Shown here piece after piece: positions 15,005 to 24,772 of a stretch of DNA of 32,000 bases. The notes under the pieces were generated by a model. The model saw nothing but the letters and a program-made list of their open reading frames with translations, was not told the origin of the DNA and searched no databases. The number at the start of each line of letters is the position of its first letter. Within the stretch, counting starts at the first letter, position 1. Position numbers and translations under genes: made by a program. Source of the DNA: Taklimakanibacter lacteus (GTDB taxonomy: Bacteria > Pseudomonadota > Alphaproteobacteria > Rhizobiales > Aestuariivirgaceae); the NCBI RefSeq assembly GCF_003576695.1, contig NZ_QOZQ01000007.1:41277-73276 (forward strand), read 5' to 3'.

Positions 15005-17496
15005 GGCAAGTCCTCCTGTTCGGTCGGATTGACGGGAACGGACCCGCCCGCGGTCGCGGACTGGTCGATGACATTGGTGAGGTCGGGAGTGAGATCGGCC
15101 GCCCAGGCGAGGCCGTTGGCGTGAAGCCAGGCTTCGAGAAAGTATGGCCCCGGACCATCGCGCAGCAGCTCGTCGATCAGTGCATGCGCGGCCTTGTCGG
15201 ACGATGCGCAGAGCGCGAGCGCGACAGACCCAAGGCCAAGCTCGAACAGGCGATTGCCACGTCGCGACTGACAGTAGTAATCGCGCTTCGGGGTCGCCCG
15301 CGCGATGATCTCGATTTGCCGGGCGTTGAGTCCGAACCGCTCATAGACGGCGGTGATCTGCGGTTCGATGGCGCGCTCGTTGGCGAGGAAGATGCGCGTC
15401 GGGCAGCTCTCGACAAGGACCGGCGCGATCGGCGACGCCTCGATGTCGGCCAGCGACTGCGAAGAAAAGACGACGCTGACGTTCTTCTTCCGCAACGTCT
15501 TCAGCCATTCCTTGATCTTGTCGGCGAAGCCGCCGTCATCGAGTGCGCGCCAGCCTTCGTCGATAATAAGTAGGCTCGGCCGTCCGTCGAAGCGGGCGTC
15601 GATGCGGTGGAACAGATACGAGAGGACGGCCGGCGCGGCCTTGGTGCCGACAAGTCCTTCGGTCTCAAAGGCTTGGACGTTCGCCGTGCCGAGATGCTCA
15701 TGCTCGGCGTCGAGCAGCCGGCCGTGCGCGCCGCCGATGCAGTACGGCCGCAGTGCCTGTTTCAGTGTTGAGGACTGCAACAGGACCGTGAGGCCGGTAA
15801 TGGTGCGTTCTTCAATCGGCGCAGAGGCGAGCGAAGTCAGCGCGGCCCAGATGTATTCCTTGACGTCCGGCGTGATGGTGACGCCTTCGCGTAGGAGAAT
15901 GTCGACCAGCCAGTCGGCGGCCCACGCCCGCTCGGGGACGTGATGGATGAGAGCTAGCGGTTGGAGCAAGACAGAGGTGGACTCCGCGTCCTCGGCGAGC
16001 GAGCCGCCGAGGTCCTGCCAATCGCCGCCCATCGCGAGCGTCGCGGCCCTGATGCTGCCGCCGAAGTCGAAGACGAAGACTTGGCTATTGCGATAACGGC
16101 GGAACTGGAGCGCCATCAGCGCGAGCAGCACGGACTTGCCCGCCCCGGTCGGCCCCACGATCATGGTGTGGCCGACATCGCCGACATGGAGCGCGAAGCG
16201 GAACGGCGTCGCACCTTCGGTCTTGGCGTAGAACAGTGGCGGGGCGCCGAGATGTTCGTCCCTCGCCGGTCCGGCCCAGACCGCCGACAGCGGCATCATG
16301 TGCGCGAGGTTGAGTGTCGAGATCGGCGGCTGACGGACATTCGCATAGGTCTGGCCGGGGATGGAGCCGAGCCAGGCTTCGATCGCATTGACGCCTTCGA
16401 CGATGCAGGTGAAGTCACGGGATTGAATGACTTTCTCGACCAGGCGCAGCCTCTCGTCGGCGACGGTGCGATCGGCGCCCCACACCGTGACGGTCGCGGT
16501 CACATAGCATTCGCTGACCTGATCTGAGCCGAGGTCTTGCAAGGCAGCATCGGCATCGGCGGCCTTGTTGGCGGCATCGGTGTCCATCAACACCGATTGC
16601 TCGTTCGTCATCACTTCCTTCAGGATCGCTGCAACGCTCTTTCGCTTGGCGAACCATTGCCGGCGGATTTTCGTGACGAGTCGCGTCGCATCGGTCTTGT
16701 CGAGCATGATCGCGCGCGTCGACCAGCGGTACACGAACGCGAGCCGGTTGAGGTCGTCGAGGATGCCGGGGAAGGTCGTGCTCGGGAATCCGATGACGGT
16801 GAGCGTACGGACATGAAAGTCGCCAAGCCGCGGCTCCAGCCCGCCGGCGAGCGGCTGATCGGCCAAGATCGCGTCAAGGTGCATCGGCGTCTCGGGCACG
16901 CGCACACGATGGCGCTTGGTCGAGATGGTCGAATGCAGGTACGTCAGCGTCTCCGAGTCATCGAGCCATTCGGCTTCCGGCACGAAACCTTCGACCAAAT
17001 TGAGCACGCGGTCGGTACGATCGACGAAACTCTTCAGCAGCTCCCATGGGTCGACACCGCTGTGCTCGCGGCCCTCGTAAAGCCAGGCTTCCATGCGCGA
17101 CGCTTCCTCAGCCGGCGGCAGCCAGACGAAGGTGAAGAAGTAGCTCGACTCGAACAGGACGCCTGAGTCCTCGAACTGTTCGCGTCGCTCGATGTCGAGA
17201 AGTGCGGAGGCGGAGTCCTGAAACAGGCTCTCCGGATAGTCGGTCGCGGGATGGCGCTGCGCCTCGACGAAGATCGCCCAGCCGGAGCCGAGACGGCGCA
17301 GGGCGTTGTTGAGGCGCGCGGTCGTGCCGACCAGCTCGGCCGGCGTGGCGCTGTCGAGATCGGGACCCCGAAACCGCGCCGTCCTTTGGAACGATCCGTC
17401 CTTGTTGAGAACGACGCCCGGCGCGACCAAGGCGGCCCAAGGCAGGAAGTCCGCGAGCTGCGCGCTCTTCTTCCGGTATTCGGCGAGGTTCAGCAT
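15001..17496 (-). CDS. trbE: Conjugal transfer ATPase TrbE (VirB4 family)
   Basis: 831 aa. N-terminus MLNLAEYRKKSAQLADFLPWAALV; Walker A GPTGAGKS; Walker B LLIIDEGW. SD GAGGTG lies upstream of ATG 17496. Confidence 0.96.
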   Translation of the reverse strand: MLNLAEYRKKSAQLADFLPWAALVAPGVVLNKDGSFQRTARFRGPDLDSATPAELVGTTARLNNALRRLGSGWAIFVEAQRHPATDYPESLFQDSASALLDIERREQFEDSGVLFESSYFFTFVWLPPAEEASRMEAWLYEGREHSGVDPWELLKSFVDRTDRVLNLVEGFVPEAEWLDDSETLTYLHSTISTKRHRVRVPETPMHLDAILADQPLAGGLEPRLGDFHVRTLTVIGFPSTTFPGILDDLNRLAFVYRWSTRAIMLDKTDATRLVTKIRRQWFAKRKSVAAILKEVMTNEQSVLMDTDAANKAADADAALQDLGSDQVSECYVTATVTVWGADRTVADERLRLVEKVIQSRDFTCIVEGVNAIEAWLGSIPGQTYANVRQPPISTLNLAHMMPLSAVWAGPARDEHLGAPPLFYAKTEGATPFRFALHVGDVGHTMIVGPTGAGKSVLLALMALQFRRYRNSQVFVFDFGGSIRAATLAMGGDWQDLGGSLAEDAESTSVLLQPLALIHHVPERAWAADWLVDILLREGVTITPDVKEYIWAALTSLASAPIEERTITGLTVLLQSSTLKQALRPYCIGGAHGRLLDAEHEHLGTANVQAFETEGLVGTKAAPAVLSYLFHRIDARFDGRPSLLIIDEGWRALDDGGFADKIKEWLKTLRKKNVSVVFSSQSLADIEASPIAPVLVESCPTRIFLANERAIEPQITAVYERFGLNARQIEIIARATPKRDYYCQSRRGNRLFELGLGSVALALCASSDKAAHALIDELLRDGPGPYFLEAWLHANGLAWAADLTPDLTNVIDQSATAGGSVPVNPTEQEDLP

Positions 17497-17505
17497 CGGC
17501 GCACC

Positions 17506-17769
17506 TCACACGTCCATATGCGCCGGGTAGCGCAGGTGCCGGCGGCCGACGTCGACGAACTGCGCGTCACGCTTTGCGGCCCACACGGCGGCGAAGTGCC
17601 CGATCGCCCAGATGACGAGGCCGGCGAGCCACAAGCGCAGTCCGAGACCCACCGCGCCAGCAAGCGTGCCGTTGGCGATGGCGACCGTGCGGGGCGCGCC
17701 GCCGAGCAGAATCGGTTCGGTGAGTGCGCGATGCACCGGCGAGAAGAAGCCGCGGACGTCTTCCTCCAT
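17506..17769 (-). CDS. trbD: Conjugal transfer protein TrbD (VirB3 family)
   Basis: The start is reset to ATG 17769 (MEEDVRGFFSPVHRALTEPILLGGAPR..., 87 aa), sharing one base with the trbC TAA (TAATG). The 300-aa track ORF is an upstream extension through trbC. Confidence 0.9.
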   Translation of the reverse strand: MEEDVRGFFSPVHRALTEPILLGGAPRTVAIANGTLAGAVGLGLRLWLAGLVIWAIGHFAAVWAAKRDAQFVDVGRRHLRYPAHMDV

Positions 17770-18104
17770 TAGACCAGCGCTCCGCCGCCAAAGCTGAAGA
17801 AGCTGAGGAAGAAGGAACTGGCCGCGAAGGCGATCGACAGGCCGAAGACAATCTGCACCAGCCGCCGGAAGCCGCCCGCGGTGTCGCCGAAGGCGAGCGT
17901 CAGGCCCGTCGTGATAATGATGATGACCGCCACGATCTTGGCGACCGGCCCCTCGATGGATTCGAGGATCTTCTGAAGCGGCTCCTCCCACGGCATCGAG
18001 GAGCCGGAGGCATGGGCTGGCGCCGCCATCAGCAACGTGATTGTGGCCAGCGCCGTCGCTGCGGCAAGGCGGCGGCGAACACGAGACAAGGCAAGTCGGG
18101 TCAT
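17769..18104 (-). CDS. trbC: Conjugative pilin precursor TrbC (VirB2 family)
   Basis: 111 aa with a long signal peptide ending AHA-SG, two hydrophobic helices and a C-terminal tail. ATGA overlap with the trbB stop. Confidence 0.92.
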   Translation of the reverse strand: MTRLALSRVRRRLAAATALATITLLMAAPAHASGSSMPWEEPLQKILESIEGPVAKIVAVIIIITTGLTLAFGDTAGGFRRLVQIVFGLSIAFAASSFFLSFFSFGGGALV

Positions 18105-19099
18105 TCAGAGTCTCCTTTCGAGGGCTGTGGGGATGGGAGCAGCGCATTGAGCGTGCGGTAGTCGCCGGTGGCCGGATCGAGCCCGTCGACATGGGCAATC
18201 TCGGCGAGGCGCCGTTCGGCGCCGCGGCCGGACAGCACAGCGACGATGTCGATGGTCTCGGCGATGAGCGCACGCGGAACTGTGACGACAGCCTCCTGAA
18301 CGAGTTGCTCCAGCCGCCGCAGTGCGCCGAGCGCTGTGTTGGCGTGGATGGTTCCGACCCCGCCGGGATGCCCGGTTCCCCAGGCTTTGAGCAGGTCGAG
18401 GGCTTCACTGCCGCGCACCTCGCCGACCGGGATGCGATCGGGACGCAGGCGCAGCGACGACTTCACGAGATCGGAGAGCGAAGCGACGCCGTCTTTGGTG
18501 CGCAATGCCACGAGATTTTGCGCCGCGCATTGCAACTCACGCGTATCCTCGATCAGCACCACGCGGTCGGAGGTCTTCGCCACCTCCGCCAGCAAGGCAT
18601 TCGTCAGCGTGGTCTTGCCGGTCGAGGTGCCGCCGGCCACGAGGATGTTCTTGCGCCGCTGGACCGCGAGCCGGAGCACGTCGGCCTGCGCCGCCGTCAT
18701 GATGCCGGCCGCGACGTAATCGGCGAGCGTGAACACGGCGACCGCGGGCTTGCGGATGGCAAAGGTGGGCGCCATCACGACTGGAGGCAAAAGACCTTCA
18801 AACCGCTCGCCGGTCTCCGGCAGCTCGGCCGAGACGCGCGGGCTGCCGGGATGCACCTCGGCGCCGACATGATGCGCGACCAGGCGCACGATGCGCTCGC
18901 CATCCGCCGGAATCAGCACGTCCTCGGTGGCGACGAGTCCTTCGCGCAGCCGATCAACCCAGAGCCGCCCGTCGGGATTCAACATCACCTCGACGACGGC
19001 GGGGTCTTCGAGGTAGCGCGCGATCGCCGGGCCGAGCGCCGTGCGCAGCATCCGTGCGCCGCGCGACAATCCTTCGTTGTTGTAATGATGCGCCGACAT
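18101..19099 (-). CDS. trbB: Conjugal transfer ATPase TrbB (VirB11 family)
   Basis: [28 protein letters not shown] is typical of the TrbB N-terminus. Walker [13 protein letters not shown] 19099, preceded by a G-rich SD, is preferred over the TTG at 19150 used in the track. Confidence 0.93.
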   Translation of the reverse strand: MSAHHYNNEGLSRGARMLRTALGPAIARYLEDPAVVEVMLNPDGRLWVDRLREGLVATEDVLIPADGERIVRLVAHHVGAEVHPGSPRVSAELPETGERFEGLLPPVVMAPTFAIRKPAVAVFTLADYVAAGIMTAAQADVLRLAVQRRKNILVAGGTSTGKTTLTNALLAEVAKTSDRVVLIEDTRELQCAAQNLVALRTKDGVASLSDLVKSSLRLRPDRIPVGEVRGSEALDLLKAWGTGHPGGVGTIHANTALGALRRLEQLVQEAVVTVPRALIAETIDIVAVLSGRGAERRLAEIAHVDGLDPATGDYRTLNALLPSPQPSKGDSE

Positions 19100-19289
19100 C
19101 CCGCCCCCATTCCAGCCATCCGCAAGACGGTCGGATGGCGACGGGGACAATCAAGAAAGGCAGGAATGGCACGCGGGCAACAGGATTTATTTGAAAATTC
19201 GTACTTCGTCGTAGCTCATCGTAGGGCGTCGAAAAAATACTTGAAGTGTTCGGCGCTGCTAGCGATTTCCGTTACGGCTTGAGAACAGA

Positions 19290-20189
19290 TCACGGCCGAA
19301 TCAGCATGGCCTCCTTGAAAGCATTGCGTAGCGTATTGAGCACCGGATTGATGTTGTCCGGTTTCCAGCAGACGATATAGCCGAGCCGCGTGGCCCCGTT
19401 GCCGTCATGCAGGGGTCGGAAGACGACGCCGAGGCCGGTTAAGCCCGACGCGGATTCGCATTGCAGGCTGATACCCTTGCCGCTGCCGACTTCGCTGAGA
19501 ATATTGTCGCGGTTGAGACGCAGGGTAACTATCTCGGGATGATCCGACGGCGCCGCCAGATGACGGAGCAGGATGTTCCGGATATCCACGCCGGGATCGT
19601 GATGGCTGATGATGAAACGCTCGCCCTTTAGCTCTGGCCAATAGATGACGGGTTTGTCCGCAAGAGGATGGCCTTGCGGCAGCGCGACCACGAGATGTTC
19701 CGACCAGAGCGCGAGGGAATCGAAGACGGCGCACTTGCCGGGGTCGCCCAGGATGAGCGCCGCATCGACCCTTCCGGAATGAAGGCCGGCGATTATCTCG
19801 GCGAACGGCGCCTCGAGGAGCTCAAGGTCGATGTCACGATAGCGCTCGCGGAAGTCGTCGATGAATGCGCGCAGCGCGCCTTGCGAAAGCGATTTGTATA
19901 AACCGACGACGATGCGCCCCAGCGTGCCGGCACCGCTTGCTCTCGTGCGCTCGGCAAGACGGTCGAAGTCCTCAAGAATGCGGCGCGCCTCGATGACAAA
20001 TGCCTCGCCGGCCGGTGTCAGACGTGCCCCTGCGGTCGAACGAACGAACAGCTTGACCCTAAGTTCCTCCTCGACCTCCTTGATGCGCTTGCTGATGATC
20101 GGTTGCCTGACATTGAACTCATGCGCAGCGGCGCTGAAGCTGCCATTGCGGGCGCTGGCAACGATATAGCGGAGATGGCGCAAGTCCAT
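19290..20189 (-). CDS. LysR-family transcriptional regulator
   Basis: 299 aa. The N-terminal HTH MDLRHLRYIVASARNGSFSAAAHEFNVRQPIISKRIKEVEEEL is a textbook LysR signature, followed by a C-terminal substrate-binding domain. It sits directly upstream of trbB and is co-directional with it. Confidence 0.92.
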   Translation of the reverse strand: MDLRHLRYIVASARNGSFSAAAHEFNVRQPIISKRIKEVEEELRVKLFVRSTAGARLTPAGEAFVIEARRILEDFDRLAERTRASGAGTLGRIVVGLYKSLSQGALRAFIDDFRERYRDIDLELLEAPFAEIIAGLHSGRVDAALILGDPGKCAVFDSLALWSEHLVVALPQGHPLADKPVIYWPELKGERFIISHHDPGVDIRNILLRHLAAPSDHPEIVTLRLNRDNILSEVGSGKGISLQCESASGLTGLGVVFRPLHDGNGATRLGYIVCWKPDNINPVLNTLRNAFKEAMLIRP

Positions 20190-20462
20190 CCTTATCTCCT
20201 TGACGGCGTGGCGGCTTGTGGTTTGCCGACCCTTGCTTTTGGTCCTTCTACGATGCTCTCCCAGTTCGGGGACCTAGACGATTTGGCCGCGCCTCTTCGC
20301 TACCAGGAGCTTGACATCCCTCGACGATCTGCATGACGAAAACGGCGATGACGAAAGGAATTCCTCGTTGAAACGAGAGCAGGACAGGCTTGCCTCGTCT
20401 TCGGCGTCGTTGCCTCCCGATGCGATCACAGCCGCAGGGCATTGTTTGGCCAACAATATGGC

Positions 20463-20575
20463 TGACCGTCAGTCAAAACAAGCGTATCAATTTCAGACGG
20501 CAGCCAGATAAACAGGGATACGAAAGCGCAAGTGCATTCTGAGCGTCGACGCCCTAAGATCATGACCGTCAGTCA
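20463..20575. promoter_or_regulatory. Two identical TGACCGTCAGTCAA boxes upstream of the tetR-family gene
   Basis: tgaccgtcagtca occurs at 20463-20475 and 20563-20575, start-to-start exactly 100 bp apart. The second lies 27 nt upstream of the TetR ATG (20602). The reverse complement is TGACTGACGGTCA, related to the boxes at 24773-24791 and 24959-24977. Confidence 0.55.
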
Positions 20576-20601
20576 ATACCGAATTGGTGGAGATACGCAT
20601 A

Positions 20602-21219
20602 ATGTCCTCGGCGGCAGGTAAGAAGCCCAGAACTAAACCTCCCGAGGCACGCCGTGAGGAGTTGATGGACGCCGCTCAGGCTCTTTTTCTCGAAAAGGGC
20701 GTCATGCAGACGACAATTGAGCAGATCACCGTCGCCGCAGGCGTCGCAAAGGGCACCTTCTATCTGCATTTCTCTTCGAAGGAAGATGTGCTGGTAGCGC
20801 TCCGGCGCCGCTGGCTCGCGACGTACTCGGCCAGAATCCAAGCGGCGGTCGACAAAAGGCCCAGTGCCGATTGGCCGGGCAAGTTGCGGGCCTGGGTTCG
20901 GGCCGCCGTAGACGGCTATTTCGAGACCGTGGAGATCCACGACCTCGTATTCCATGAACCGGTGCCCGCCTCGACGAAGGCGATTCCAGTTGGTGAATCG
21001 GCGCAGCAACTCGCGAAGTTGCTCGAATTGGGGAACAGGGCGAATGCCTGGGCGATCGATGATTGTGCATTCGTGGCCGCGTTCTTTTTCAGCGGGTTTC
21101 ACGGAAGCGTCGACTATGAGACTTCAAAGCAGAAGCCGGTGGGACGATCGGCGTTGGTGAAGCGGCTGCAAGAGTTGATGTTGCGGACGGTTCAGCCAAT
21201 CGGCGTCACACCGGTCTAG
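20602..21219 (+). CDS. TetR/AcrR-family transcriptional regulator
   Basis: The N-terminal HTH region ARREELMDAAQALFLEKGVMQTTIEQITVAAGVAKGTFYLHFSSKEDVL is a typical TetR_N signature. ATG 20602 with SD GGTGGAG is preferred over the TTG at 20584. Confidence 0.9.
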   Translation: MSSAAGKKPRTKPPEARREELMDAAQALFLEKGVMQTTIEQITVAAGVAKGTFYLHFSSKEDVLVALRRRWLATYSARIQAAVDKRPSADWPGKLRAWVRAAVDGYFETVEIHDLVFHEPVPASTKAIPVGESAQQLAKLLELGNRANAWAIDDCAFVAAFFFSGFHGSVDYETSKQKPVGRSALVKRLQELMLRTVQPIGVTPV

Positions 21220-21264
21220 CCTTGGGAGCCGCCAACCTCATGCGCGACCTTTCACGTCGACAAC

Positions 21265-23031
21265 TTAGGCGACCTCCGCCTCGGCCGTCGCCAGGAACCG
21301 CGCATAAGCACCTCCGCGCCCGACAAGATCCTCGTGACGGCCATGTTCTGTAACGGCACCGTCTTCTAGGACAATGATGCGATCCGCGCTACGAATGGTG
21401 GATGGCCGATGAGCGACGATCAACACGGTTCGATCTCGCTGCAACTGAGCTATCGCGGCCTGGAGGGCATGTTCGTTCTCGGTATCGAGATTGGAGACAG
21501 CCTCATCCATCACAAGGATTGGAGCGTCCCGGAGAAAGGCACGAGCGATCGCGATGCGTTGACGCTGACCGCCCGAAAGTCGAGCGCCCCGCTCGCCACA
21601 TTGCGTCTCATAACCATCAGGCAGCGTGGAAATGAATTGATCCGCTTGAGCCAGCCGGGCGGCCTCGCGAACGGCTTCGGCGGAGGCGTCTGGCCTTCCA
21701 AGGCGTATGTTGTCGGCGATGCTGGCGTCGAACAGGTGCACATCCTGCGGAACGACCGCCACTAGTGAGCGCAGCACGCTGATCGGCATTGCGCGAATAT
21801 CGATGCCGCCGATGGTAATTCTGCCCTGGAGCGGATCCCAAAACCGCATCAGCAGGTTCACGCAACTGGTCTTTCCCGCGCCGGAGCGCCCGACCAGCGC
21901 GACGGTCTCGCCAGGTGCGACTGAAAAGCTGACATCGCGAAGCACTTTGCGTTCGCGATCGTAGCTGAACTCGACGCGCTCGAAGCGAATCTCGCTTCCG
22001 CCCATCGGCTCCGCCTGCCCCTCATCGCGAACCCGCGACTTCTGGTGAAAGATGGCCAGCACCCGCGTCGCGGCCGCCCTTACCTCGCCCAAGTTGCGCG
22101 CGTTTCGCGTCACCTCCGCGATCGGCAGCATGGCGGCGGCGGGGAGGACGATGATCATCGGCAGGAGGTCAATGCTGATGTGACCAGCCTTCACGAGCAG
22201 AACGCCGACCGAGATGGTCACCAGGACCGCGCCGGCCAGAAGAAAGTCGTTGGCGGCGTGCTCCAAGCCCGATCGCGTTCCGTAGCGCCGCTGCGCGTGC
22301 GCAACCAAGCCCGCCTGCGCCATCAACCGTTGGAGTCGCGATCGGACCTGCCCAAAGATCACGAGCTCACGCAGCCCCTGGATCGTCTCGACAACATCGC
22401 CATTGAGCGTGCCGATCGCTTCAGAGACCAGCCGCCCTTGCGCATCGGCCCGCCTGCCCAGCCAAAGCGGAATGGAGGCTAGCAGCGGGAGGAATGGGAG
22501 TAGCGCCAAGGCTGCCGCCCAGTGGACAAAGGCCAGGCACACCAACGCGCCGAGCGGAACGACAATGGCGCTCACATAGTCGCCGAGCATGTGCGCGTAG
22601 AAGAGTTCAGCGAGGCTGGCGTCGGTGGCCGCGATCGACGCCAGCTCGCCGGAGCGCCGTCCGAGGATTTCCGCTGGGGCTGCCCGCTCCAGGCCATCGA
22701 AGACCCCAAGTTGGAGCGTCTCCACGAGCGCGTAAGCCATGTCGTGTGCGACATACATATGGAGCCAGCGCGCCGCGGCCGTCACCACTACGGTCGCGCT
22801 CAGGATCACGGTGGTCGGCAGAAGCTGTCCTCCCGTGAGGGCAAGGCCGGCAAGTCGCGCGCCAACAACGAGGCTCGCGACGGTAGCGGCCTGGGCTAGA
22901 ACGCAGAGCGCGACAGTCAGGATCAGCAGAGTCCTGTGAGACTTCAGCAGTGGGATCAGTCCGAGGATGCCGGTCTGGTCCCGATGTCCAGCAAGGGGTA
23001 GTGAGCGAACGGCAACGGTAGAGGTCGTCAC
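21265..23031 (-). CDS. ABC exporter, fused permease/ATPase half-transporter (CydC-like)
   Basis: 588 aa. Six-TM N-terminal domain. Walker A GRSGAGKTS; signature LSGGQRQRIAIARAFL; Walker B ILVMDEAVS. The GTG start overlaps the upstream stop (GTGA at 23028-23031). The CydC-like assignment rests on architecture and pairing only. Confidence 0.85.
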   Translation of the reverse strand: MTTSTVAVRSLPLAGHRDQTGILGLIPLLKSHRTLLILTVALCVLAQAATVASLVVGARLAGLALTGGQLLPTTVILSATVVVTAAARWLHMYVAHDMAYALVETLQLGVFDGLERAAPAEILGRRSGELASIAATDASLAELFYAHMLGDYVSAIVVPLGALVCLAFVHWAAALALLPFLPLLASIPLWLGRRADAQGRLVSEAIGTLNGDVVETIQGLRELVIFGQVRSRLQRLMAQAGLVAHAQRRYGTRSGLEHAANDFLLAGAVLVTISVGVLLVKAGHISIDLLPMIIVLPAAAMLPIAEVTRNARNLGEVRAAATRVLAIFHQKSRVRDEGQAEPMGGSEIRFERVEFSYDRERKVLRDVSFSVAPGETVALVGRSGAGKTSCVNLLMRFWDPLQGRITIGGIDIRAMPISVLRSLVAVVPQDVHLFDASIADNIRLGRPDASAEAVREAARLAQADQFISTLPDGYETQCGERGARLSGGQRQRIAIARAFLRDAPILVMDEAVSNLDTENEHALQAAIAQLQRDRTVLIVAHRPSTIRSADRIIVLEDGAVTEHGRHEDLVGRGGAYARFLATAEAEVA

Positions 23032-24743
23032 GCGGCTTCCTCCTGCATCTGAATGAGCTGGGCGTAGAGGCCGGTCCGTCGGGAAAGTTCGTCGTGGGAG
23101 CCGCTTTCTACGACGATGCCTTGATCCAGGACCAGGATGCGGTCCGCGTCGACGACATTGGACAGCCGGTGAGCGATCACCAGTGTCGTTCTTGATCGAG
23201 CGAGCGCTGCCAGCTCATCCATGATGGCGGCCTCGCTTGCAGGGTCGACGTTCGACGTGGCCTCGTCCAGAATCAGGATCGGAGCGTTCTTGAGCAGCGC
23301 CCGGGCTATGGCGATGCGCTGGCGTTGACCGCCTGAGAGTTGCGCTCCGCGCTCGCCGATCTCCGTCGCATAACCCTTGGGCAGGCTTTGGATGAAATGA
23401 TCGATGTGCGCCGCCTTGACGGCCGCCTCGATCTCCTCCCGAGTGGCGCTGGGCTTGGCGATGCGAAGATTGTCTTCGATCGTGCCGTGGAAAAGGAACG
23501 TGTCCTGCGAGACGACGCTGACCAAGCTGCGCAGGTCGTCCAACGCCATCTGTCTAATGTCCAGCCCGCCGATCCGGATCGTCCCCGCCTCGGGATCGAA
23601 CAGGCGCAGAAGCAAGGCCGCGAGCGTCGTCTTGCCGGCGCCTGATCGGCCGACTACCGCAATCGTTTCTCCCTGATCGATATGAAAGGACAAGTCACGC
23701 AATGCCGGTTCGCTGGTGGCCTCGTAGCGGAATGTCACGCGCTCGAAGGCGACATCCGTGCGGCCTGGACGAGGATGCGTTCCGCCATCGTGGATCGCAG
23801 GCTGTTCGGCTAGCAGGTCCAGGATCGGGCCCACGGCACCACTCGCCGACCAGGCCGTATGGAACGCGTTCTCCAGCCGATCGAGCGGCCGAAAGGCTTC
23901 TCGCGCGAGCATCAGAGTCATGAACAGAACAGTCGGCGTCACCTGTCCCGACGCCGCACGCCAGGCGTTCAAGCTCAAGACGGCCGCGACGCCCCCTAGC
24001 GACAAGAATCCGGTTATCCCGCTGCGCATGAGTGTGAGCGACAAAGATGTCATGGACTCGCGGCGGAGTATTGAGGCGCGTTCGGCCAGGGAGCGACGGC
24101 GACGCTCGGCTGCGTCGAATAATTTCAGCGTCACGATGCCTTGCAGGCTATCGAGAAAATAAGCGTTGAACGCGCCGAGCGCGGCGAACACGCCCGAGGA
24201 CGAAGGCATCCGCCAGCGCAGCCAAGCTTGGTTGGCGAGCACCAGAATGACGATCGAAGCCCCAAGGCAAACCGCGGACTTCCAATCGACAATCAGCAGG
24301 CAGAGTACTACCCCGGAGCAGCCGATCCATGCCACGAAGATCGCTGGCAGATAGCGGCTGTAATATGCCTCAAGGGCCTCGACACCGGCGACGATAGTGG
24401 CCTGAAGGTCGCCGGTCTGATGGCGGATTAGATGACCGGGTCCAAGCTGCACGAGTTTGTCCAGCAAGCGCTGCCGCACACGTTCTTTGGTCTTGCGGCT
24501 GATCTCCTGGGCCGCGAGCTCGGACAACCAGAGAAGAACCGCCCGGATTGCCGCTGCCGCCGCGGCGGCTGCAATCCAAAGGAAAATCTGGCGGAACCCG
24601 CGTTGCTGGAACGTTGCCGCCAAAGCGAATGTCAGCGCCAAGCCCTGCGCCACATAGCTGGCGACAACGGCGGTTCCGAGAACAATGCCTGTCACCAGCG
24701 AACGGGTGACGTGTGTGGCAAGGGCCAGAATGGGTCGGTTCAT
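23028..24743 (-). CDS. ABC exporter, fused permease/ATPase half-transporter (CydD-like)
   Basis: TM domain followed by Walker A GRSGAGKTT, LSGGQRQRIAIARALL and ILILDEATS. ATG 24743 (MNRPILALATHV, SD AGGTG) is preferred. The track start 24791 would place the TGACTGAC..CGGTCA box inside the coding region. Confidence 0.85.
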   Translation of the reverse strand: MNRPILALATHVTRSLVTGIVLGTAVVASYVAQGLALTFALAATFQQRGFRQIFLWIAAAAAAAAIRAVLLWLSELAAQEISRKTKERVRQRLLDKLVQLGPGHLIRHQTGDLQATIVAGVEALEAYYSRYLPAIFVAWIGCSGVVLCLLIVDWKSAVCLGASIVILVLANQAWLRWRMPSSSGVFAALGAFNAYFLDSLQGIVTLKLFDAAERRRRSLAERASILRRESMTSLSLTLMRSGITGFLSLGGVAAVLSLNAWRAASGQVTPTVLFMTLMLAREAFRPLDRLENAFHTAWSASGAVGPILDLLAEQPAIHDGGTHPRPGRTDVAFERVTFRYEATSEPALRDLSFHIDQGETIAVVGRSGAGKTTLAALLLRLFDPEAGTIRIGGLDIRQMALDDLRSLVSVVSQDTFLFHGTIEDNLRIAKPSATREEIEAAVKAAHIDHFIQSLPKGYATEIGERGAQLSGGQRQRIAIARALLKNAPILILDEATSNVDPASEAAIMDELAALARSRTTLVIAHRLSNVVDADRILVLDQGIVVESGSHDELSRRTGLYAQLIQMQEEAA

Positions 24744-24772
24744 ACGAGCACCTGACAAAATGCCCAATGATA

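Larger units (their letters stand above)
9447..19099 (-). mobile_element. Mating-pair-formation (Trb, P-type type IV secretion) module of an ICE or conjugative plasmid
   Basis: Eleven co-directional genes, trbB-C-D-E-J-K(alt)-L-F-G-I-DUF2274. Seven junctions are ATGA overlaps and one is TAATG. No relaxase, coupling protein or integrase lies within the window, so element boundaries are undefined. Confidence 0.9.

Noticed and set aside
20311-20511. 66-aa ORF and a tiny MTKTAMTKGIPR* peptide (from 20333) in the 410-bp LysR-TetR intergenic region
   Set aside because: There is no convincing SD or conservation signal. The region is better explained as promoter/operator DNA. I could not support a leader peptide or sRNA from the sequence alone.
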